Below are positions 12,495 through 25,822 of a stretch of 64,000 nt of DNA, in pieces. Under the pieces are notes generated by a model. That model saw only the letters and a list, made by a program, of their open reading frames with translations, was not told the origin of the DNA and searched no databases. The stretch lies in assembly GCA_051362555.1 (NCBI GenBank), contig CM120649.1:13144001-13208000 (forward strand), given 5' to 3'. A program made the translations under genes and the position numbers. Each line of letters begins with the position of its first letter. Position 1 is the stretch's first letter. The DNA comes from Lingula anatina. Lineage: Eukaryota; Animalia; Brachiopoda.

Positions 12495-15400
12495 AGGCCA
12501 GATCCCAATCTAGTCCACTTCCTTAGAAGCCCAGACAACATCTCAATTAGGACAAGACCCAGACCCAATTGGGTCTTTGCATTGCTAACAGCATAACGAG
12601 CATGTTAATTGGCCAAGGTTAAGATGAACACTAAGTGAATGAAAACACTCAGCTCAATATTTTTCTCTTGGAAAAAATCCATTCCTTTGTATTTAAAATA
12701 ATCACTTTTCCCTTTGGAAAATGGACAGGTTAAAATTTATACAAATGAAATATTGCTAGCTTTCCCTGTTACACCTTTGATTAAGCATTCCTTTACTGGA
12801 TATTCTAATCTGTTTTGATATATCTCTATAATATTGTGTTAAATTTTAAAATTATGCTTTCCCTTTAAACATTTATGCAATTATCTTTAAAAATTATCCT
12901 CAGATGAATGCAACTATATTTTATTACAACTGTATTTTATAATATGTGCCTTGATCTATGACACCCCCTATTTAATTATACATGTCATACAAACATACTG
13001 GAAGCTCACCTGAAAATTTCTTGGCCAATTAACATGGCTATTATACTGTTAAGAATGCCAAGACCCACTTGGGATTGGGGTGTGGTCTGGGTCATGTCCT
13101 AATTGGGATGTGGTGTTGGCCACTTGAGAAGTGGAATAGATTGGGATCTGGCCTGTGACATATGTCTTATATACTTGTACATGTATATACCAAGTAACCA
13201 TTTTGCGACATTTACAATCATTCTTACAGTATAGTTATTTTTTCATAAACCGTAATATTATGTAGACACTGACACACGTCACACTCACACACTATATAAT
13301 ACAGTAATATTGCAACTATTTTGCACTTTTCTTGTCAAATTTACTGCTACCCTGTATACGTCGCAATATAGTCAAAATGCAATATTAAAAAAAAATCAAT
13401 ATTTTCAGGGTACTGTCATGTCCAAAAGAGAAACACGTTAGCCCCAGTTTAAAAAACGAAATTTAAAACAGGCTTTAAAAATCATATTCATATTAAGCAT
13501 TGTATTCAGGTTGCTTTTCTAAATATATACATTAAAAATAAACTCAGTTGTGCGTAATGCCCATTAATGTGCACTTTCAAATTCCAGACGAGTTACCGCA
13601 GTATAAGCCAAGTTTAAGATTGGACAATGTTTTAATTAGTGGGTCCACCGCAGCAGTAATTGGACAATACCACGGCACCACTAATGGAATACGGACTGAC
13701 AGAAGGCATCCAGACTACCCTGATGTGGGACAAGTCGGTGTGGATATAAAAGACTCAGTCATAGTAGGAAACAACAAAATGATAGATGTTCGGTTATACA
13801 GTGATTTCAGTGACCCTCTAGTGAATGAACTGTTACCATCATTCGCCATCTCAGTCAAGAATACAACCTTAGGTTCCAATGATAATGGAATTCATATTGA
13901 CAATGGCCGTGGAAATCGAGAACAATTAACCGTTTATGGATGTAAGATCAGTGGTACCAGGAACACATTTTTAGAGTACACTGTCAGAGAAGACAACCCC
14001 AAAGGTGTGGACATCCGGTTCTTAAATAACGAAATAACTGACAACAGGGGGAGTGTACTTAACATTAGCGGGGGTGCCCTGCATATGACAGTATCAGGGA
14101 ATAAAATCATAGGCAATGAATACAGATATGGGTCAATGGTTCTTTACCGAGAATATGAAAAGACAATAAAAATTTTGAACAATAATATATCAGGAAACAA
14201 TTATAGGAATATCATCAAGATGAACATGGAGCAATCAGACTATGACATGACTAATGCACCTAAGGTTGTACTGACGGGAAACATCATTGCTAACAACACC
14301 TATGCTTCCGACAACAACGGACGATATCCCTGGCAGCCACCGGTGTCAGCCGCACTCCTTCTCGATGGTTATGGAAAAGTCTGCGTTCAAAACAACACAC
14401 TTCGAAACCCAGGGCTAAAGGCAGAGGTGCATGCCAAGACCCGTTCTACAAAATGGACTGACACCATTGAAGCCAGATACAACTTTTGGGGATGTGATAA
14501 CACGACCTGTGTACGGGAACGTGTATATGACGCACACAATGACATGTACCTACCAGACGTGCGGGTGCTTCCATTCGTTTCAAGGTCAAACGAGATGGTG
14601 TACGCTCCTGACTTTACAGAGGGAATTCCACAAGGTAGCGTGCTTGGTGGGTGGTTGAACCAGTCCATAACATTGGCAGTATCAGGTTCCCCTTTCTATC
14701 TCAAAGAAGACTGGACTATTTTACCCGGCGTTGATGTTTTCATTGAACCTGGTGTTTTGATTAAGCCGGCGATGAGCAAAGGGATCCTCGTTCTGGGTCG
14801 AATAGTTGCCAGGGGTAAAAAGAGAGACAGGATTACCTTCGGATGTCATCACCAAACAGCTCATTGCTTGCGTTGGAAAGGCATGGTACTTGCTTCAGAT
14901 GATGAAAACACTGGCCCTTCGCAATTGTTGTTTGTAGACATTTTTAACGCAGGTTACAGAGGAAACACGTACGGCGCAGCTGTGCAGTCCTTCAGCCACA
15001 GTTTAATCATACAAAACTCACGGGTGATCCTGTCAGGTTTAAACGGCATTGAACTTATTGGACCAGCAGTGAAAACTAGTATCATTAAACAGAACGAGTT
15101 CCTTGACAACAAGGGCGTTGGGATTAATGTCGTTGTGGGTAACCCAAGAAGTGTATCACTAAATACTACGATCATGCAAGAGTCCGTGGGGTGGCCGAAT
15201 GACATTTATAGAATCGATAATATTTGTGAAAAAAGTCACATAATGCTAATTGTTAACGACAGCACTCTGGTATATCATTCTCACGGAAGACAATATTCAG
15301 GAAACGCTTTAAACTGCACGCGTGCGATACGTTCCGAACTTGGACAGAATATCACAGTCCAAATCCTTCAGTATAACCTGCAGGAATTCCGACTAGAATT

Positions 15401-18400
15401 GTTCGAGGGATCTTCAACTCTACTCTCAAGACGAATCCTTTACGCTGATCAAAACAACGGTTCACTTCCGTCAGATGTTCCAATGAACAGTTCCACCGTT
15501 ACCATCCGGGTTTATAGTACAAAATCGTATCGGCACACATATGATCCTCAAAGCATGGTTTTTGGTATCAAGATATCCAGCGACAAATCTAAGACTAAAG
15601 GTAAAAACTTTACATAATTGATAATATGGTGCTTGTTATTCACAATGCAGTTTTATTCAAATATAAGAATATACAGATAAAGTCCTAATCTAGTCCACTG
15701 TATAAGTGACCCAGAGCACATTCCATGCCAATTAGGACTTGGCCTAGACCACATCTTAATTATGTCTTTGCATTGTTAGCTGCATAATGGCCAAGTTAAT
15801 TGGTCAAGCTGCCAGCTTGTTTGCATGACGTGTAATTATATAGAGGATGCGTTAGGTCAAGACACGTATTATGATACTTAAGGTGTGGCAAATGAGATAT
15901 GAGATATAGGATGATATTTTTAAAGATGTTTAATGTTTTAAAAAATGCATTTAGATTGATTTAGTTACATTTAGAAATGTTAAATTAAAAGCGAGCTGCC
16001 ATTTGTAAATGTGTTATTTTAATTATCTAGGTTTTGTACAGATTATAGGACAAAGTCTGCCCATTTATATTTTGTTGAGCTTTTTGGAAACATCTGCATT
16101 TTCTTAAGGATAAATTACAAAGAAAAGTGTGAGATAATAGCAGGTGCATCTATATATAAGTTCATGTATTTTATATATTTTATAACTAGTGCTACGGGGT
16201 TGGTCTTTTAGGTCCTCACGGCAACCTTCACATCGAGGACAATATTTTTTTGAACAACGGTCTGGGTGGAGTGAACATAACTACGTTTGGACAGAGTAAT
16301 TGTGATATTCTCATCAGCAAGAACATATTTCGTGGAAACGGTATGTCAACTTCCTACCCATCTGAACATTCTAAAGCTGCTGTCCGACTTAATGTAGCTG
16401 ACACCAATGCTACATTAGCAAACAATTATATAGAAGGGAACCATGGTGGCATCCACGCCAGGACTCACAGCGTATTCCGAAACAACAAGTTGAACATTTG
16501 GAGCAACCAGATCCACTATACAACCCAGCAAGAGAGCATACAGGTTTTAGAAGTTGAGGACGGTCCTCACACACAGCAGTGCAGTATAGATGGAAATGTG
16601 ATACAGCACGGACAGGGAGATAGTTACAATGATGTCCTCCACCTGGAGGGTGTGTCTGGAACCGTCACAAACAACTACATCTTCAACAACACGGGTCTAC
16701 ATGTGATGTGGTGGACAACACCAGTCAACAGAAACATGAGTGAGATAGTTACTGACAACATCATATACTACAACATCCCAAGAGACGCAAACAACATGGC
16801 GGCCATAGTTGCCGGTGGGTCTTCACCATATCTCCATGACAACTACTTCTACAATCCGACATTTGCGTTTGAGTTGACGAGTGAAGGAGCTTCTGTCGAA
16901 GTTAATGCGTCGTCTAACTGGTGGGGCACGAGGGAAGCCACTCGGGTCAAGCAGAGGATTAGAGAGGCGGACACTGGGTTTTTTTATCCAAAAGTATCTA
17001 TAAACCCAATAATGGATTCGCCATCTGCTTACAAAGGAGGTGGGACATTTTAAACACCAAATATGCAGTATATACCCAAACACTAAATTATTGCTTATTT
17101 TATCTTTAAAAATGCTTTAATTGCATTTTAAAATTAAATGCCTTTGGTTACATTATTTTAACAATTGAACTGCGTTTTACAAGGGGCTTAATTCACGACC
17201 TGCATTTTGTCTGAAACATGTAAAAAAGACATTTTTTTAGCCGAGCAGATATGTCCATCTGGTAAACCATTCAGACCTAGATTTTTGGAAATTGGCTTAT
17301 TTGTTAACTGCAGGGTGTAAAGATAATATTTTATAATACATATTATATAAATCATATAATACAACTGTTCCAGATTCATGTTCTTTAGGATGGATGCAGA
17401 GCAACAGAACGTGCTACCTGTATGTTGGAGGAGCACAGAACTTTACACAAGCTCGGGCTTCGTGTGAGGTTTGTACAAACAGTTTTTGCTCCGAAGTTGA
17501 TAATTGAAGTTATTCCATTGAGAATTTTAAATTAGATAATTTATAGTTAGTATAAAGTAAACCGTTTTTATTTTTTGTCTCTAGTAACCCACGTACATAT
17601 TACATGTTCAAGGGTTACTATGGCATGTTGGTGAATCCCATTACGCAGTCTGACCAAGCCTTTGTGATGAGCATACTTCGTTCACGTGCGATGGGAGAGC
17701 GCAGTTTTGGCATATGGACGGAGACATGGGATAAGGTATGCCATGATCTGATGTACTCACCACAAGCAATGTGAATCAAATAAATGGATGGAATGTATGT
17801 GATGCACATTAATTGTACAATGGCCAAAGATTTAAAGGTATTGAAATTGTGATGAATAATCGGTAAAAATTAATGAAATAAGCATGTGTAAACTACGGTA
17901 TATCCTTGTTATGATTTCTAGGAGGATGGAAAATGCCCAATGTTTAATTTGACAACGGTTGGGGGAGAAGCAAATATATTTAAAGAAGATTGTTCCAAAC
18001 TTTCTCCATATGTATGCATACGTTCTTCGGGTAAGTTTTTTTTTTATTACAAAAATGTAATTTATTTTCCATTTATGTTCTTTTGAACAGCAATATGCAC
18101 GTGTATTTAGACTGTGTTGCTTTTTTGCCTTTTTGTTTTGTTATGTCCCTTTTTGCTTTGCATCATTTACTTTTATGTGGCATTGCACTTCGAAATGCAC
18201 CACCCTGTTTTCAAATCAAGCTGTTTGGCGTTTCTTTTTTACATCATCACGATCTCTATTCATTTCAAATAGTAAACGAGTGCCCTAATGGCTGTACCTA
18301 CAATGGACGGTGTGGTAAAGATAAACTATGCCACTGTAACCGCGGCTGGGAAGGGAAGGACTGCTCCATGTACCACTGTAGAGACAGGAACAAGTGTGGA

Positions 18401-21400
18401 CAGTACGGGTCATGTGTGGGACCGAACCAGTGCAAGTGTCAGCCTGGCTGGCAGGTAAATATTTACTATTTTCTTAGACACCATTTGTCTCTTTAAGTTA
18501 TGCAAATTAGCCAGCTGGAAACAATTTAATACTTAACCAAGCTTACCTTTTCATATTTATAGATATATTTATTTAGATACGATTCCCACGTATGTGTTTT
18601 AACTTAAAAGTCGTATATATTTTTTAAACCAATTGAAATAAATGATGTATTAACATATCCAGTGTACCATATACACATACCTGGATTCAAACGGACATAC
18701 AAGACAAAATAGACAATGTATCTAAATGCACATGATCATTACCCATCTCTTCAATGTCTTATTGTTATGATATGACACTTACTCATTCACAGGGTCGCGC
18801 ATGTTCAGTAAGCTACTGCCCCGTGCACAGCACGTGTAGATCATGTACTGAACAGCCCGGATGTGGCTGGTGTGACCACAAACAAAGATGTCTACCAGGC
18901 CACGAGTCTCAGCCGTGGAATGAGCAGTGTGGAACATGGTTCTATCACGACTGTTTCTCTGTAGACACCCACATGGGATGTTCTAGTCAAATTGAGGTAA
19001 AATAATAATGCATCATTGTTTTGCCATCATGATCATACACTTTTGGAGAACTTGGAATGACTTCGAAACATTTAAGTGGTCCGAAGATTCTTAGTCCGTT
19101 CAATAACACGATGGAAACTCATTTAAAATGAATATGAATCGATCTTTCTTATCCATTGTATACAGATTTTATTACAATTATATATTAGCTGTGTGGTATT
19201 ATAATTGTAGTCTCCTGTATATCTGGTAATTTATAAGTTTGCCGAATTCTATAATCAGTGTTTTATAACATGCTGTATATTCAGTATATCGGCTGTGAGT
19301 ACCGCCAGTGTAACTCTACCATACGGTATTCCAATGATGAGCTCTGCCACAGGTGTAGAGACGTGGAGACCTGCTTCAGTGACGATGTGAGTAAAAGTTT
19401 ATCGAAATAATTAAAACAATTAACAATAAACATACCCAAAATGTGTTTCACATTATGAATATCAGTGGCAATTATTTTAAATTTGACAGTTGATCAGAAG
19501 ATGCCCAGTTTTTGTCATATCGCTTGCCGTGCAGCGCTATTATTTTTAAAGAAGTCGGTTATGATATGTCTTAATTTTGATTTAAAATGTTAGTGTACCG
19601 GTAATTCAGTCGCTGGCAACACCATAAAGTGATATGACGTTACAGTTAGAGAGATATAATACAGCAACTTAAAGAATACTCATCACCTGAAGTATCTGCA
19701 GTAGGCTGTTTCAATGAATTTTAAAATCGTACTGAGAGTGTAGTAAGATACGTTATTTATACATCTTATACCGGTTAGCTCTCATACTGGTGTCGTGAAT
19801 GGGACATGGAGAAGTGCCCAAATGGCTTAGTACGACCGAACTATAACCATGGCAACCGAGCCCTAGATACGACCTTACACGCACACGTGAAGGTCATTAA
19901 TCCTGGCAGTACTGCGTTGTATGTGTGTCCTATATCAAACTCGGAAGCTAGAGGTAAACAAGCAATTATATTTTTCAAAAGGATAACTTTGTACGAATAA
20001 ACGTACAGGCTTGTTGAGTATGTCATAATTGTATATAACCAAAACGGCGAGCATAAACAACTTGTTTATCAGCTCAATGATATTACTTTGCCTTTGAAGT
20101 GCTCTCGCTGCAACCAATGATCAGCCGTCAATTTATATTGTTGAAACATTTCTAGAGTACAATTAGATGAACGCTTCCCCAGTAAGGACGCATACATTTT
20201 TGCATGGAGTTGATCTGAGTTGGAAAGTGATTCTAGATTTATCTACATATTTCTTAATAGGCCACACCATCCTCGTGACCAGAGACAAGATCAACTACCC
20301 CAGGTACAGGGACTTTGTCATCGTCAGCAAGCAAGCTGGAGGAATCATGCATAAAGTGTATTCAACTAAGCAAACAGGTCAGTCCATTTTTGCATGTATC
20401 ACAATTTTTCAACTTCACTTATAATTGCGCAACAGTTAACTGCACTTGGCCTTTATGGTTTGTAATGAAATATCATGACCAGTGACCTGGATAATTTGAG
20501 AATGAGTGCCTAAAAGACTTGTTCGCTAGACATTGCAAACTTTTATGATTTTATCAAATACATCCAAAATTTTTAATTTCAATGCAGTTTTTGAAACCGT
20601 TTTTTTTAGAAAATATTTTAATATCCAATAAGCCTTTCTTAGAATTAACATTTCATATTAAAGATATACCATTCAACTTTTGGTTGCACATTTTTATCAT
20701 TATTTATATGATGATGATGATAATGATGAACGATAAAAATACACGGTATGTACTTTTCTATAGGAACTTACCAATATTTTGGTGCTGTAAGGGCCTCGTT
20801 GGAAGATGTCATTCAATATGCCAACTTTAACCAAACAGTTCCCGTCCATTCTCTCATGGATGACAGGACGCTGGAGCACGTGCCAGAAAGAATCAATCTA
20901 AAAACTGCACTCAAAACTACAGACATTAGCAACTCCCATGTTCACGTTATAAAAGGTAAATCAAAAGTAATTTTCTTTCACTTTGATCGGTTTCAAGTAA
21001 TACATTTCTGATTATTTGGTTAATGATTAATATATTTTACTTGGATACTCGACACTGCATATGTTCGTGTTTAGCTTTGAGTTGCACTATTTTATTACAG
21101 ATGATAATGTCTTCAAATGCCTTGGACATTGGTACAACGTCACCAAAAGACCTGTTGCGTCTCAGTATATCCTGCTACCAAAAAGTGCGTCACAAGGTAT
21201 TAGCGTTGGCGATGTGGTAGCCGGTACTAAAAGCCAGGGCTTCCTTGAGGACGTAGAGGATGTGGTCGCAGACTCCGATGCTGTGACGTACCACGCTAAA
21301 ATGAAGACGTGCAGTGAGACTGTGTCATTTAAGTAAGTGGTATTATTTTATATTACTGTATGATGCATAGCTGCTTTCTATCTCACCTTATACTCCTTCA

Positions 21401-22886
21401 TACATGTGATATCTCTTTGTTTAATGAAGCATTTGAACCGAGCGTGGATTCCCAGTAAAGCACTACTACTTGTACTAGTAGTTAAGCAATTTCTGTCCCA
21501 GCTAAACTGCAATGATTCGAAGTGCACTACGTAATGTACGTCACAATTGTCATGTGGGTCCTCTTCTGTAGTGATTTCTGTAACTTGGACATCATTACCA
21601 TCTCAAAAGAAATTATTTTGTAATTTTGTCCATTAGAAAATTATAAGTTTTCCTTTTTCACAACTCTTCAAATCATCACTTGAAAACATTTATATATGCT
21701 TGCTGTTCAGGCACACAGATTACTTTATATAGTTTGATTAAGAAAAGGTGCTAAACGTATAAGCTCCAGGTTTTTTTCTAGCTTCATTGCTGCGGCCCCT
21801 GTCTCCACATCTAACACAATGTACTGCCACGGCGGAGAACATAACGACAGAAGCCTGCGCATTAGTGAGTCGGTGAGACAACAGACGGCGACACCAGTCA
21901 AGGGTGACGTTATTCCAGGACGAACATCCGGTGCATTTCTTGGTCAGGTACACCTGTATGGCGTAATATTGCGATATCAATTCCACAGTTTGACTCTTCC
22001 CGATTCACCATTCACCATTCACCATTCACCATTGATGCGTTACTTGTATTCCAATATTGTGCATATAAGTTGATGGAAAATATAATGAAAAACAATTATA
22101 AATAGCAAGTAGTCGCCAGTTTTACCTTGATGCATTTGGGTACCAAACATAATGTGTCTATGAGATGTCGCATATACAATTTTTCTGTTCAGGTTATTTC
22201 GAGGTTTGCCAAAGGGGACTACGTTTTCCTGGAATGTATCCAAGTCCAGGATATAACCACAGACACAGTGCTGACCTCTGCTCCTTACACTGCTTTCCAC
22301 TCCGACAGACGGCTGAACAACGAAATTTCCACTGACGGCATATTTACATCACTGAAAAAGGAGGCGGTGTTTGGGGTTAGTCTTGTACTATTAAAGTGTT
22401 TAAAAATGTTCGCGAGATTTGCTTGAGGTACTTACATGTGTGGCATATACATGTTAGGTAGCATAGTTCTGGCACATATGTAAAGATACAGCAAATGCAA
22501 CAGTAATACCTACCGCATGTTGGGTTCCAATTCGTGTTTTTGCATAGTCTTTCAAAGCTAAATTATAGGTGGCATTTCTAATATGACAAATTTTTGTTTC
22601 ATATTGCATTGTTTGATGTAACCAAGCATATCCACGTTTTACCTTATTTCCTTCATTCCTGCATATAATATACTATTCTTGACTACGATTTGTTTTGCAG
22701 TCACCTTCAATTTTACAAAAGCAGCTAACCGTTGATATGGATATATTGGTGAAGGCAGGACTGGAGCTCAATCTACAGTCCACAGTTCCCAAAGCACAGA
22801 AGATAGGTGTCCAACTGGATGCCAACCTTGATTACAATATTAACAGCAGTTATGAGGCATTCATCAAGTATGGTCACTTAGTGTAC

Positions 22887-22919
<33 letters not shown>

Positions 22920-25775
22920 CAAAAGTACCGAAATGAGTCATTGTTTTATAATTTACTTCGTGTTATAAATCACAACATTTTTAGATAATAATAATAATAA
23001 TAATAATAATGAAGTGAATTTTATCAAAGTAACTAATTTATTTGCATGTCCGTTTTTTGTAGATCCCCAGAAATAACTGAAGATCATTACCTCGTCCCTA
23101 AACGTACATCTCTGGGAGTGTACTGCCTGGCGATTTCACAAGACATCTGTTTGCCCTTAAATATCGCTCTTCTTAGCATGAAGTACAGTTTCACCGCAGC
23201 CACCCAGGTGAGTTACTGACAACGTTATGTTGGGTGTAACGATCAGAACGTAGAACAACTGGTTTAAGGATACTGCCACATCAGTTTAATAGATGTATCT
23301 CATTTATTCAAATTAATATATTTTTTATTTTACCCAAGTTTCACTTCATTTCAAGTGAACATCGAAACATACGGTTCATACATTGGAATAGAATCACTCT
23401 ATCAAGAGTTATGAGTTGGAGTGGATATTAACCAGTTTTAGCTGTTGTTGGAAAAACAAATCCTGATAAATTTGAGTGCAGAAAACAAATAAAGAAAGAA
23501 TTATTTGCTGGTTTGTAAGTTTTTCGATTTTTGATCATCACAAAATTTATCTTTTTTCTAGGGCACCGGCATATTGCGACACCATTCTCGAGGCCGGATC
23601 CGGCAAACTCTAGGTGCAACTTGGAGATATGGAGCCGGCGGGGAGCAATTTCCCAGAGCTGCTGTAAGGCGGGGCTGAGGTTTTACCACACTTAATTTAA
23701 TTATTCAGTATTTGTTAATGTGCATATTTATAAGTATTAAATACACGTAAAACGTAAAATTTAGTTGCCAAGAAGAAGTCGAAATGGTGAAGGTGGAAGG
23801 ACACAAATAATTGCTGTTTAAGATATATTCGTAGCGCATTATACGTTGTATATAGTTTAAAAATGGAAAGAAAAATTAAGCTTTGAAAGTGGACGTGGGT
23901 GATGGGACTGATGGGGAACACGTTTAAGAATTATCTTTTTTTATCAATTTTCCAGGTGACCGACGTGACACATGACATACAGCACGCAGACGACATGGGC
24001 AATGTCAACATAAAGGTTGCGATTGAACCCGCGTTGCACGTGCAGTTTCCCGCTATCTCTGATACAATAGTTTACAGCCTTGTTAGCCCTGCGCTGAGTC
24101 TTCGTTTTCTAAATAAGTTGATAGGTAAGAATGCGCAATTTTATTTAATGTCAAAGTCCAGTCAGTAAAACATGGTATGAAATACATGGTACACTTTATA
24201 TGTGTTTATATTACTGAGTCCCATTATATACCTCTAAGGCAGCCATACGTTTGTTTGAAAAGCGTTTTATCTATAGTGTCCACTATATCGTCCACTCAGA
24301 ACCACGTGGGCAGCGGCGGTAGCCAACAGCCGCTTAATTTAAGCACTGTCACACTCAAGCGTGTAGCACTAACGTATGAAAAAATGTGCACATACTCCTA
24401 TAAGGAGTTCGTTAGACCTACGTGGTCAAAGTTTCGATTACGCAGGCAACCGTTGCTGCGGTTCAAAAGCGGTACTTGCGCGCTCATATAGGCCTAAGAA
24501 ACACATTCGCCCATACGTGGTGCTCGCTAATATACAGTACTCATACCTACCCATACATTGATGCACGCTACACGGTACGTTGATGCACGTTAACATGCGC
24601 TTGATATGTTACTCATACGCATTAATATACTGTAGATACAAGTATTCTGGAACATACCGTTTTTGTTTCAGATCCCAATGTCAGCAGTCACTCGGAGACC
24701 ATCACATACACGACTACAGCTCCTCTCACGGACAGTTTAGACATAACCACGTGTTCTAATGCCTGTGTCGGACGTGAAGGCGACCACCTTGTGGTCCACA
24801 GAGCGGGTCCGGGGAACAGAAATGACGCTGGGTGGCTTCGCTTAAAATTGTCGTGGGCGCTTTTCTCAAGCCTCGAAGACAGCGTGTTTGTGCCTGGTTC
24901 GGTACAAACTATAGCGTAGGTTTATGACTTGTTTTTGATGGGATTGAATTGGTTGCACAGCAGTATTCACACGCGTAGTTTTCCTTTGATAGTAACAGTC
25001 AAGGTCACAAGAGAGTGGGTGTCAATTTGAGGGCGGCTCTTATTGGCTGGCCAACTCATCACATGGATAGGATAAACGTTTGGCTGTAAATCTTCAAATC
25101 ATGGCATGATTTGCAAGGAAAATGAAGCTAGTGGGCCCAAAAGTATTTACTTTGGGCAGTTGGGGTTCGTAACACACCATATATTTAATGCTCGGATAAA
25201 TGGAATAGCATTTTCATTTCTAATTGTATTTTCCGGTCAAACGTTATGGGTTGCCATGTACTAGTGGATGATACAACGTTTTTCTCAAAGCGTTTCTTCG
25301 TCTTGATGGCAATCGCTTTGTTTTTTCCAAATTTTATTTTATTTGGATATGGCTGATATATTTATATGTCTATAGATATAGTATACTGACTATTGCTTTT
25401 TCACTTCTTTATTGGGTTCAAGTCATTTTTTATTTTACTTATGAGTTATCTGAAGGGGTCCCCAACAAATTATCCATTCTCCGACTGTTTCTAAGGTTGT
25501 GATGAGATCAATTATATAATAAACAATGTGTTTATTGCAGGTATTGTAAACCAGCCTTGTCAGCTAACACGTGTCATCTTGATCCTGATCGCTGTACTTG
25601 TCCCAATGGAAATAGCAGTATTAAGGTAATTTTCACGGTATAAAGATTCTGACCCGCATGTTTTTTCACCTTCTTCGAGTTGGAGAAAGCGCAAATTACA
25701 ATTGTGTAACAACCAGGCCAAATTCATTGATTATATATAAAGAATATACTCCCCAGTACGCATATTTGTGCAAAA

Positions 25776-25822
<47 letters not shown>

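Noticed and set aside
17389-17468. Alternative acceptor for exon 7 at 17389
   Set aside because: In frame, but drops the first Cys of the CxxGW lectin motif; 17374 preferred
24338-24650. Possible Harbinger-like MITE fragment in intron 22
   Set aside because: Only one terminus-like sequence; no matching TIR or TSD found
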